Source of the DNA: Acidobacteriota bacterium
GTDB lineage: Bacteria; Acidobacteriota; UBA6911; JACQSX01
Reading direction: 5' to 3'
DNA: 39,744 nucleotides
NCBI GenBank assembly: GCA_036507075.1
Contig: DASXQR010000107.1
Location: forward strand, 1-39,744
Part shown: piece after piece, positions 17,208-25,964 of the stretch
Layout of the letters: every line of letters starts with the position of its first letter
Numbering within the stretch: position 1 is the first letter of the stretch
Notes under the pieces: model-generated
What the model was told of the DNA's origin: nothing
The model's database searches: none
Seen by the model: only the letters and a program-made list of their open reading frames with translations
Program-made: the position numbers and the translations under genes

Positions 17208-17400
17208 CGTGGACCTTGACGTGCACGCGCGCGTGAACGTGGACGGCTTTTTCTTTGGTTGTGGCCTTGCGGCCACTATGTGCCCGTGAACGCAGGACGT
17301 GGAGGTTGTCGTGATCGTGCTCGTAGGCGTTAGACGCGGTCGTTGACGTTTTCGTGAACGGTTTCTTGGTTGCGGCCTGCAGGCTGTGCCTCTGTGGTGA
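17208..17400. repeat. Low-complexity hexamer (GTGNAC-like) and GGTTG(C/T)GGCC repeat mosaic
   Basis: CGTGGACCTTGACGTGCACGCGCGCGTGAACGTGGACGGCTTTTT...GGTTG; a similar module occurs at about 23742-23834. Confidence 0.55.
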
Positions 17401-17453
17401 AGATTTCTTCCCCGGATTTCGATTAAAATGAGATTTCGCACGATTTTAAAGGT

Positions 17454-18650
17454 ATGGGTCCGATCTATCTTGACCACCACGCCACCACGCCTCTGGATAA
17501 ACGTGTCCTGGAAGCGATGGTTCCCTTCTTTATCGAAAAATTTGGCAATGCGGCCAGCCGAACGCATTGGTACGGACGGGAGGCCGAAGCGGCAGTTGAA
17601 TATGCGAGAGCACAACTGGCCGCTCTGATTCATGCGGACGCCAAAGACATAATTTTTACAAGCGGCGCCACCGAGTCTGACAACCTCGCCATCCGAGGGG
17701 TCGCTGAATTCTACCGTGAGAAAGGAAACCATATCATTACCTGTCAGACCGAGCATCGAGCGGTGCTGGATAGTTGTCGCGCCCTGGAAAGGGCCGGGTT
17801 CGAAGTCACTTATTTGCCGGTGGACTCAAACGGCATGGTAGATCCCGACGATGTTCGCAGAACCATCGGCGATAGGACTCTCCTGATTACGATCATGTTT
17901 GCCAATCATGAGATCGGAACTCTCCACGATGTTGCGGCTATTGGCAGAGTCGCCCGGAATCGGGGGATTTTTTTTCACTGCGACGCTACTCAGGGGGTGG
18001 GAAAGGAACCCATCGACGTTAATGCTCTCGGGATTGACTTGCTATCGATGTCTGCCCACAAGATTTACGGACCGAAGGGAATAGGGGCGCTCTATGTGAG
18101 GCGCAGGAACCCTCGGGTGCGCCTCTTGCCGCTTATTTATGGCGGCGGCCACGAGCGAGGGATTCGCTCCGGCACGCTAAACGTCCCGGGAATTGTGGGA
18201 TTTGGAAAAGCTTGTGAGATTGCGTCGGTCGAAATGGATTCCGAACGCGAGCGGCTGGGTAAGTTTCGAAAAATACTGCAACAGAGCATTCAGAGCCGCT
18301 TGGAAGGTGCGCGGGTCAACGGGCATCCTGTGCATCGTCTGGCCGGCAATCTCAACCTCAGCTTTGCAGATATCAACGGATTAAATCTGCTTGCGCGGCT
18401 TGAGAAGTATCTCGCGATCTCTTCGGGATCAGCCTGTACTTCGGCCGTGCCGGAGCCGTCTTATATCCTAAAGGCCATTGGCGTCCCCTTGCCGCTCATG
18501 CTGGCAACAATTCGGATCGGACTGGGACGCTTCAATACGGAGCAAGACGTGAGATCAGCCGGCGATTGGATCGTGGAAGCAGTAGAAATACTGCTGGCGC
18601 AGTCGCGCCAAAAGAGTACGAATCTCAAACAGGCAGGCGACAGCGTTTGA
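17454..18650 (+). CDS. iscS: Cysteine desulfurase (class I, IscS/NifS type)
   Basis: IYLDHHATTP, FTSGATES, PLP Lys SAHKIYGPKG, GGHERGIRSGT, catalytic SSGSACTS. Confidence 0.92.
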   Translation: MGPIYLDHHATTPLDKRVLEAMVPFFIEKFGNAASRTHWYGREAEAAVEYARAQLAALIHADAKDIIFTSGATESDNLAIRGVAEFYREKGNHIITCQTEHRAVLDSCRALERAGFEVTYLPVDSNGMVDPDDVRRTIGDRTLLITIMFANHEIGTLHDVAAIGRVARNRGIFFHCDATQGVGKEPIDVNALGIDLLSMSAHKIYGPKGIGALYVRRRNPRVRLLPLIYGGGHERGIRSGTLNVPGIVGFGKACEIASVEMDSERERLGKFRKILQQSIQSRLEGARVNGHPVHRLAGNLNLSFADINGLNLLARLEKYLAISSGSACTSAVPEPSYILKAIGVPLPLMLATIRIGLGRFNTEQDVRSAGDWIVEAVEILLAQSRQKSTNLKQAGDSV

Positions 18651-18674
18651 AGTCTGTGAAGGCGGCCACGTTGT

Positions 18675-18768
18675 TTTCACCGCCGAGCCGCAAAGTACGC
18701 CAAGATTCGCAGAGCCTGGGTTGCAGACTCGGCGAGAACTTGGCGATCTCAGCGGCTCGGCGGTGAAA
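18675..18768. repeat. Inverted pair of CACCGC-family repeats between convergent genes (possible terminator role)
   Basis: TTTCACCGCCGAGCCGC ... GCGGCTCGGCGGTGAAA. Confidence 0.8.
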
Positions 18769-18828
18769 GCGGTGTGCCGAATCAAGCGCCTTCGACTGGT
18801 TCGACCAGCATCAGAAGAGAATGCGGCT

Positions 18829-19275
18829 CTATTGCGGTTTGTAATACAGCACCATGCCGGCGCCTGCGGCGGCCAGGACGAATCCCAGGTACAGCAGAGG
18901 ATTCGGAGACGTCTTGGGCGGGTGCATCAGCATTGTGACCAGGACATTTACGAGAGGAGCTCCCGCAAACACAAGCGGCATCACGTAGGTGGGGAGACCT
19001 CCCGTCTTGAATGCCCAGATGATGCACACGGCTCCAATCGCTCCGAGCGCGCCGCCGAGCGTAGCCCAAGTGGAACCAGCCGCGCTAAAGCCGCTTAGTT
19101 TCCCCTGATATCCCAGCAATATCACCGGCAGCGTCACTCCGATCAAAAAATATGCCAGTCCGACGCACAACAACGCCCGTAAAGGATTGCCAAGCTGCAC
19201 CTGACCGTTGTGAAGTGCCGGTCCATACATCCCCCAGGAGAGAACCGCGCCGAGTACGAAGATAAGCCAAGCCAT
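18829..19275 (-). CDS. Small membrane protein (DMT/EamA-like, about 5 TM)
   Basis: Hydrophobic helices with SWG-x-YG and MPLVFAGAP motifs; GAGG RBS. Confidence 0.75.
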   Translation of the reverse strand: MAWLIFVLGAVLSWGMYGPALHNGQVQLGNPLRALLCVGLAYFLIGVTLPVILLGYQGKLSGFSAAGSTWATLGGALGAIGAVCIIWAFKTGGLPTYVMPLVFAGAPLVNVLVTMLMHPPKTSPNPLLYLGFVLAAAGAGMVLYYKPQ

Positions 19276-19457
19276 GGTTACCTCGCTTGTTAATTTGAAG
19301 CCCCCAATTAAAGCAATCCATCCTTACCCCGGTCAATCGATTCCCGCTTAGTGCCTGGTGTTTCAATTCTTGTTAACCACCAAGGCGCCAAGCCAGCCCA
19401 ACCCGCAACCCGAAAACTCGTAACCCGTAACCGGTAATGACCGATGACCGCGCATTA

Positions 19458-20642
19458 CTATCCCACTTTGACCACCATCAGCGTCAAATCGTCGCTCAGA
19501 GGGGACTCTCGGCGGTGAGCGGTAACGTTTTCCAGAAGCCGAGAGCATAATTCCTGAGCGGAGGCCCGGCGGTTCGCCTGCACCGTCAGGATCACGCGTT
19601 CTGCGCCGTACTCCTCATCTGAGGAATTGTGCGCTTCGATCAGACCGTCGGTATAAAGTAGAAGAACATCGCCCGGCTTCAGATTGCGGCGTGACTCCTT
19701 GTATTCCGCTCCGAAAAAGGCGCCTACAACGGTACCGCCGCGGGTCAATTGCACCACGTTGCCGTCGCCGGTGAAAAGAAGCGGAGGATTGTGCCCTGCA
19801 TTGCAGTAAGTAAGAACCCTGTTGCGCGAATCCAGCACACCGTAGACGGCCGTCACAAAGCGGTTGTCATCCAGACCTTCTTTCAACAGGTTGTTGACTT
19901 TTCGGAAGATAGTGGCGATCGCGTAGTCATTGCGGATCTGCGCGCGCAGAAAAGCTCGGAAGCTTGCCATGATAAGGGCCGCAGACATTCCCTTTCCAAC
20001 CACGTCTGCGATCACCAGCCCCACGTTATCCTCCGGGAATCCGACAAAATCGTAGTAATCACCCCCTACTCCCGCGGCCGGAATGCTCAGTGCAGCCATG
20101 TCATATCCGGGCAAGACTGGAACTTGGGCCGGAAGCAGGCTGAGTTGTACCTGGCGTGCCACTTCCAGCTCGCTCTCCAATCTCTTCTTTGCCAGCAGGT
20201 CTTCGTGCAGCAGCGCCTTCTCGATTGTGTAGGCCACTTCCCTGGCGAAAAAGTCCAAGATCTCCCGATCGGCCTCCGCATAGCTTCCCTGCGACCGAAG
20301 CCCTATCAGGATCGAGCCGATGGCACGGCCGTCGAATAGGATGGGAGCCTCCAGCCTGGCAGCGAGGCTGTCAATGCCGATCGAGCCCAAATCGGCCGGA
20401 GAATACGCCGGCCCGCTGTCCGGAGAGCTCGAGTCGAGCCGGCGCACCAGCGAGCGGTGAAGGTTTTGTGGTCCGTCCGAGAGGCGAATCGCCGCCACGT
20501 CGTGCGGAATCAATTGCGCCAGCGTTTTGAGAACCAGATCAAGAGTGGCGTCCAGATTGAGAGACGTTTCTACCTGAGATCGGATTTTGCTCGAGATCTC
20601 AAGCAGAAGGCGTAGTTTGGTATCGTCGGTTAGAAGGGTCAT
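19458..20642 (-). CDS. GAF + PP2C/SpoIIE (RsbU-like) serine phosphatase
   Basis: ELEVARQVQ, VGGDYYD, ADVVGKG, NAGHNPP, YTDGL, DDLT. Confidence 0.92.
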   Translation of the reverse strand: MTLLTDDTKLRLLLEISSKIRSQVETSLNLDATLDLVLKTLAQLIPHDVAAIRLSDGPQNLHRSLVRRLDSSSPDSGPAYSPADLGSIGIDSLAARLEAPILFDGRAIGSILIGLRSQGSYAEADREILDFFAREVAYTIEKALLHEDLLAKKRLESELEVARQVQLSLLPAQVPVLPGYDMAALSIPAAGVGGDYYDFVGFPEDNVGLVIADVVGKGMSAALIMASFRAFLRAQIRNDYAIATIFRKVNNLLKEGLDDNRFVTAVYGVLDSRNRVLTYCNAGHNPPLLFTGDGNVVQLTRGGTVVGAFFGAEYKESRRNLKPGDVLLLYTDGLIEAHNSSDEEYGAERVILTVQANRRASAQELCSRLLENVTAHRRESPLSDDLTLMVVKVG

Positions 20643-20826
20643 CGGTCAGTGGTTGTGGGTCATTGGTCATTGGTCATTGGTCATTGGTCATTGGTCATTC
20701 GTCATTCGTCTTGGAGTCTTGGTGGTGCAATTTCTTTTACCACCAAGGCACCAAGCTTCCGAACCTTCATGATGCAAAAATGACCAATCACCGATGACCA
20801 ATGACGAATGACCAATGACCATCATT
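20641..20826. repeat. Heptamer (TTGGTCA)n tandem array and inverted array enclosing a CACCAAGG hairpin
   Basis: GGTCATT repeated about 6 times near 20658-20710; TGACCAA-type units at 20781-20822; TTGGTGGT...ACCACCAA in between. Confidence 0.85.
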
Positions 20827-20830
20827 CACT

Positions 20831-22120
20831 TTATGCCTCTGCCCTGCTGCCTTTCCGCTCCGGCCGGATCAGTAGAAAAACCAGTGCCGTTGCCAGCAGC
20901 GGAATCAGGCTGGCGACAATCAGGATGGGTTCAAACGAATAATGATCCGAAACGTAACCCACAAGAAAGGTGGACAGAATTGTGCCGATTCCCGCTCCGG
21001 TTCCACTCATTCCGCTCACCGTGGCAACCGAGCGGCTGGGATATAAATCCGAGGGAAGCACCAGGACCATGGTCGAAAAAGCGGCGTAGGCAAATGTGGA
21101 GATTCCGAAAAAGAACGCGATTGTATATAAGCTCGAGGTGAATATCGTTGGAATCAAAAGCGTCATGCCGAAGCCGCAAAAAAGGATCACTCTCTTCCGG
21201 GCGCGCACGACCGGCATGCCTCGGCGGATCAGCCAACTGGAGACTCCTCCGCCGAAAAAATTGCCCAAATCGGCCGCAATAAATGGAACCCAAAATGCGA
21301 GCAGTCCCTGCTCCGGCCTGATTCCCTTGGAAACCAGGTAGATGCCAAACCAATCAGTGATAAAAAACCATATCGGGTCGGTCAGTGATCGCCCGAAGAT
21401 GATCCCCCATGTCTGAGGCAGGCGTATCAGTTGTTTCCACCCTCCGCCCGCCCCTCCCTCATCTGCAGCTTCAACTTCCCGGCGGTCGCGCAGAATCATT
21501 TCCCTTTCTTCGGCGCTGATTCGCGGGTGACTCTCAGGTGTGTAATAGGTCAAACGCCAGACGATCAGCCAGAAAAACCCCAGCGTGCCTGTAATAAGGA
21601 ATGCCGGTCGCCACGTGCCGAAATATTTGTAGAGGGAAATCACCAGCCAGGGCGCAATTGCTCCACCGATCGAGGAACCGCTGTCGAAGAGCGCTACAGC
21701 CCATCCCCGTTCCTTCTTGGGGAACCATTCCGCCACCGCTTTCGTTGCCGCGGGCCAATTGGCCGACTCTCCGGCGCCCAGGAGAAAACGAAATGCGAAG
21801 AAACTCTTCAGCCCTGTAGCCATGGAGGTGGCCATGGCCACCGCCGAGTACCCCAACACTGTAATAGTGAGACCGCGCCGCGTGCCGATTCGGTCGATTA
21901 ATCTGCCCGCGACCGTCTGCCCCACCGCATACGCGATCCGAAAACCGTTTACGATGATGCCGTAGTTCTGGTTTGTCCAGCCGTAATCCGTCTTTAGATA
22001 AGGGGCCAGAACCGAAAGCGTCTGCCGATCGATGTAATTAATGACGGTGGACGCAAACAACAGTCCGCCAATCCACCATCGCAGATTCGGGATGGTCTTT
22101 GTTTGGGCGGGTTCACTCAT
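20831..22120 (-). CDS. MFS transporter, ACS family (ExuT-like hexuronate/sugar-acid transporter)
   Basis: [51 protein letters not shown]. Confidence 0.9.
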   Translation of the reverse strand: MSEPAQTKTIPNLRWWIGGLLFASTVINYIDRQTLSVLAPYLKTDYGWTNQNYGIIVNGFRIAYAVGQTVAGRLIDRIGTRRGLTITVLGYSAVAMATSMATGLKSFFAFRFLLGAGESANWPAATKAVAEWFPKKERGWAVALFDSGSSIGGAIAPWLVISLYKYFGTWRPAFLITGTLGFFWLIVWRLTYYTPESHPRISAEEREMILRDRREVEAADEGGAGGGWKQLIRLPQTWGIIFGRSLTDPIWFFITDWFGIYLVSKGIRPEQGLLAFWVPFIAADLGNFFGGGVSSWLIRRGMPVVRARKRVILFCGFGMTLLIPTIFTSSLYTIAFFFGISTFAYAAFSTMVLVLPSDLYPSRSVATVSGMSGTGAGIGTILSTFLVGYVSDHYSFEPILIVASLIPLLATALVFLLIRPERKGSRAEA

Positions 22121-22203
22121 GCGGTTCTTGCGATGTCCAATTCAAATTAAAAAACTTGAGGACCTGTGAAAAGATTAACCACAAGTTCGCATTCTTCCAA
22201 TTT

Positions 22204-23682
22204 TCAAATTCTAGCAAACGTCAACCCCACACCGGGTGCCGCCACCATGACGGCGTTTTCTTTGACTGCCTCGCGCTGCCGGGGCTGGTAGAATTCACGC
22301 TGCACGCGGTCGATTAGCGAGCTCACATGTTCCTCGTCGACCATTGCCAGGACTACGCCTCCGAAACCGGCGCCCATCAATCTTGCGCCATAAACGTTTG
22401 AATCCCACAGCAGAACTTCCACCAGTTCGTTGATCTCGGGAGTCGAGACCTCATACAGATTTCTCAGGCTGAGATGAGATTCCTTCAGTAGTTTCCCCAT
22501 TTCCCGCAGTCGCGCTCCCAAAGACGGCCGCGTTTCCTGGTCGCGATGGGCTTCCCCTGCCAGCAGTTGCTCGGCGCGCGCCACTCTTCGCACTTCACCC
22601 ACGTGATGCAGCGCGCGGGGCCGAACTTTGATTTTTGCAGCCCCTTCTTTAACCAGAGCAGGAAAAGCGCGAGCGCATTCCTGATAGACTGCGTGATGAT
22701 TCCGTTCCATGTCACTCCAATTCATACTTTCCGGCAATTCATCAATCAGCCGGTCCAGCTCCCGATCAACGCCGCCCGGATTACTCTCAAGCTGCTGCAG
22801 CGCGGCACGCCACTTTTCGCCAAATCCATGGCGGTGATTCATCCGGTCCCGGAGAATGAAGGGAATGATGATTCGCGACACGGCTGCGCGTTCATTATAG
22901 TGAAGCAGAGCTTCCCTGCCTTTCACAGCGGGATGAGAAAAAAAAGTAACCCAGCGCAGGCTCTTGAAAGGGAGTGTCAAGAGTCGCGCCGTGCCGGCGC
23001 CGTGCGAAATATGCACAACCTGACCGCGGTCCGCGACGCAGATGGTAATGTGGTCCATAGCGCCGCCGCGCGTGCCGACAAACCATTCCGCTTTCGCCGA
23101 GTCGCGCGCCAGTTCCTCGGGCGGCTCTTCAATTTCATTCACCCGGCGCACGGCCGCTCCTGACAACACCGTGAGCGCCGATGACGAAGAAGCGCCGCTT
23201 CCCGCAGGAATGCGCGAGTCCACGAGAAAATCAAAGCCATTGTGAATACGCTCGCCAAACCTGCAGAGCGCAAAAAATACCGCACCTTTCACATAATTTC
23301 CCCAGTGCGGCGCCGGCGTCGAAACACTCTGAATATAATGGTCCCACGCCTGAATCGGCTCTGCGGGATCCGCGGCAGCCGGCCCTTCGGACAATTCGAA
23401 TTGAAAATGACCGCATCTGCCCAGCGTGGAGGCGCCGCGAACGGATCGGTTGCCCGATGGCCGGAACAGCAACAACATATCGTTTTCCGAGTTGGCGAAG
23501 GTAATCGAGGCGGTGGGGATGTAGGAAACATAGTCGACGTGCTCACCCAGAATGTTGATGCGTGCCGGCGCGCGCAGCAACCCCGATGGCTCATTTCCAT
23601 AGATCTGGAGAAATAATTTGCGAGCAGCCGAAATCCGAGCCTGGTCCGCCGCAAAAATTCCGTCCCTGGTTGTTGTATTCAT
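22204..23682 (-). CDS. Galactokinase-like GHMP sugar kinase
   Basis: APARINILGEHVDY, WGNYVKG, PAGSGASSSSA, GAMD, SHLSLR..YEVS, GARLMGAGFGG. Confidence 0.85.
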   Translation of the reverse strand: MNTTTRDGIFAADQARISAARKLFLQIYGNEPSGLLRAPARINILGEHVDYVSYIPTASITFANSENDMLLLFRPSGNRSVRGASTLGRCGHFQFELSEGPAAADPAEPIQAWDHYIQSVSTPAPHWGNYVKGAVFFALCRFGERIHNGFDFLVDSRIPAGSGASSSSALTVLSGAAVRRVNEIEEPPEELARDSAKAEWFVGTRGGAMDHITICVADRGQVVHISHGAGTARLLTLPFKSLRWVTFFSHPAVKGREALLHYNERAAVSRIIIPFILRDRMNHRHGFGEKWRAALQQLESNPGGVDRELDRLIDELPESMNWSDMERNHHAVYQECARAFPALVKEGAAKIKVRPRALHHVGEVRRVARAEQLLAGEAHRDQETRPSLGARLREMGKLLKESHLSLRNLYEVSTPEINELVEVLLWDSNVYGARLMGAGFGGVVLAMVDEEHVSSLIDRVQREFYQPRQREAVKENAVMVAAPGVGLTFARI

Positions 23683-23690
23683 GGGATCTC

Positions 23691-23834
23691 TCACCACAAA
23701 GGCACAAAGAACACGAAGTTAAATTTTGGCAAAGTTTTTCAAAGCCGTCGACGTTCAGGAGCACGTTAGGAGCACGTGCACGTAGACGGCTTTTTGGTTG
23801 CCAGCCCATTGGCCGCGCTGTGCCTTTGTGGTGA
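23691..23834. repeat. Composite palindromic repeat (CACCACAAAG family) with internal hairpin
   Basis: TCACCACAAAGGCACA ... TGTGCCTTTGTGGTGA arms; inner AAAGCCGTC...GACGGCTTT. Confidence 0.8.
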
Positions 23835-23860
23835 ATTTGTATTTGAATCCCCGCAACTGA

Positions 23861-24871
23861 TTATGGGTTTACTTCCCGCAACTTTACGGGCGCGCCCCCA
23901 CGGGCCTTACTCAGGTCGGCCGCTTCCATGAAGGCGAGTATTTCCACAGTTTCATCGGCAGGGACCGGCGGGGTTCCGGTCTGAAAAAACTTTACGATTT
24001 CCACCACAAGCTCGCGATAGTCGGAACCCTTCGGCGGATCCGATGTAATGACCGCTTTGCTGCCGAATGCGATGGCTCCGTACAGGTGCGAGGCTTCGCC
24101 TTCACGCATGGCGCGAATGGTGCCGATGCGCCCATCCTTCCACCGTCCCACCACGACGTCGGCCCCGTCCGAGTAGGTGCGGGATACTGTTTCGCAACCG
24201 GTTCCCATCAGCGTGTACAGCGTCTCGACGGTGTGTATTCCGTACCAGAAGAGATCAGGATGATGCGGCTCGGTGGGCGCAGGCCCCCAGGCCATCGCTC
24301 CCAGAATACTTCCCAGCTTGGTGTTGTTCTTCAAACCCCGAATATCCGGCGAGAAACGACGGCTCGAGGAGCTGAAAAATGGAGTGCCATACTGGCCGGA
24401 GAGCCGGGCGATTTCCCGCGCATCCCGCACGCTTGCCGCAAACGGTTTGTCGATGAAAACTCGTTTATGCGCCGCCAGAACCGGCTTGACCTGCGCAAGA
24501 TGCGGGCGACCGTCGACGCTTAAAAGCAATACCGCATCCACTCGCCGGCACAACTCTTCGATGGAATCAACCAGCTCCACTCCCCACTTCGATTTGATCT
24601 CGGAAGTGAACCTTTCAATGCGAGTGGCGCTGGCTTCAACGTCGGGGCTTCCTCCTTTGTAGGCAGCCACGACGCGGGCGCCGGGAATGCGGTCCGCGGA
24701 GGCGCTGTCGTTGAGCAGTCTGGTGAAAGCACCGGCATGGGATGTATCAAGGCCGATAATGCCCACCTTAAGCTCCGGTGAAGCATTCTGGGATTGTGAC
24801 CTCAAAATGAGTACGTGCAGGCTGGCAACCAGCAGGAGCAGACAGAAGATGGCACGGGCAATCTTAATCAT
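23861..24871 (-). CDS. Gfo/Idh/MocA-family oxidoreductase with N-terminal signal peptide
   Basis: [26 protein letters not shown]; hydrophobic N-terminus; GGAGG RBS. Confidence 0.88.
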   Translation of the reverse strand: MIKIARAIFCLLLLVASLHVLILRSQSQNASPELKVGIIGLDTSHAGAFTRLLNDSASADRIPGARVVAAYKGGSPDVEASATRIERFTSEIKSKWGVELVDSIEELCRRVDAVLLLSVDGRPHLAQVKPVLAAHKRVFIDKPFAASVRDAREIARLSGQYGTPFFSSSSRRFSPDIRGLKNNTKLGSILGAMAWGPAPTEPHHPDLFWYGIHTVETLYTLMGTGCETVSRTYSDGADVVVGRWKDGRIGTIRAMREGEASHLYGAIAFGSKAVITSDPPKGSDYRELVVEIVKFFQTGTPPVPADETVEILAFMEAADLSKARGGAPVKLREVNP

Positions 24872-24957
24872 AAACCCTCCTCCGCGACGGCCGCGTCATT
24901 GGCGGATTTTGAATCCCCCGGTATATATTGCACATAACCGGCAAGGTTTCCAGTTGC

Positions 24958-25068
24958 GAGTTTTGGAGGGGTCAGGTCTTCAAAATTCATTTTTTGGCAC
25001 ATCTAGATCCGGATCCCCATCTTCAAATCCAAAAAATGAATTTTGAAGACCTGACCCCTCCAAAACTC
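24958..25068. repeat. Perfect 40-bp inverted repeat with 31-nt loop (GGGGTCAGGTCTT type)
   Basis: 24958-24997 is the exact reverse complement of 25029-25068. Confidence 0.92.
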
Positions 25069-25083
25069 CCGGAACCCATCAAC

Positions 25084-25953
25084 ATGGACGTAAAAATTCA
25101 AATAATGACCGACAGGGACATTCCCGTCGGCGACCGTCTCCGGGAGGCGGCCGGCTGGAACCAGACTGAAAGCGACTGGCGCCGCTTCCTGACTCTGGAA
25201 CCGAAAGGCTGCTTTGTTGCTTGCGTCGACGGGCAGATTTGCGGGACGGTCACCACTCTGAATTACGAAAATCGAGTTGCCTGGATTGGGATGGTGCTGG
25301 TGGATCCTGCATACCAGCGGCGTGGGATCGGGAAAACGTTGCTCGATGCCGGAATCGAATATTTGGAAAGAAAGCAGGTCGAAACGATAAAACTGGACGC
25401 CACGCCCATGGGACATGATTTGTACTTGCAGCGCGGTTTTGTCGACGAGTACATGATCGAGCGCTGGGAAGGGGCCGCGGCATCGCAGTCCGAGCAGCCG
25501 GCCGATGCAGGCCCGGATTCCGATTTTGGCCCTATGGAATCGGCTGACGTGACTCGAATCTTCGAAACCGATCGAAATGTCTTCGGAGCGGATCGCAGCG
25601 CTCTGCTGCATTCCATCTGGAAAGATGGTCCGGCCTTCTCGGCTGCGGCATTCGCCGGCGGCGGAGTTTCCGGTTACATCCTGGGGCGAAGCGGCGCCCG
25701 CGCCGTTTATCTCGGCCCCTGGGTGGCGCACAATCGATCAGTCGCGGAAAAACTGTTCGCCTGTTTCCTCAGGCGTGCTTCGGGCGCTAAGATTTTCGTG
25801 GACGTGTGCCTCGAGAATCCTCATGCCAGGAGTATCGTTGAGAGTGTCGGTTTTCAATTTCAGCGCCCGCTCACGCGCATGTATCGAGGCTCGAACCGCT
25901 ACCCTGGCAAACCGCAGTTTGTTTGCGGAATTGCGGGTCCGGAACTTGGATAG
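25084..25953 (+). CDS. GNAT-family N-acetyltransferase (YitH-like, two domains)
   Basis: GWNQT..DW, WIGMVLVDPAYQRRGIG (acetyl-CoA motif A), LDATPMG..LY..GF, GPELG C-terminus. Confidence 0.9.
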   Translation: MDVKIQIMTDRDIPVGDRLREAAGWNQTESDWRRFLTLEPKGCFVACVDGQICGTVTTLNYENRVAWIGMVLVDPAYQRRGIGKTLLDAGIEYLERKQVETIKLDATPMGHDLYLQRGFVDEYMIERWEGAAASQSEQPADAGPDSDFGPMESADVTRIFETDRNVFGADRSALLHSIWKDGPAFSAAAFAGGGVSGYILGRSGARAVYLGPWVAHNRSVAEKLFACFLRRASGAKIFVDVCLENPHARSIVESVGFQFQRPLTRMYRGSNRYPGKPQFVCGIAGPELG

Positions 25954-25964
25954 GAGGCATTAAC

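Noticed and set aside
17067..17756. 229-aa minus-strand ORF
   Set aside because: It is antisense to iscS and then runs through a repeat mosaic; no recognisable motifs.
24928..25083. N-terminal extensions of ORFs 24928, 25923, 30209, 15039 and 38034
   Set aside because: They translate repeats or overlap neighbouring genes; downstream starts fit RBS position and/or family N-termini better.
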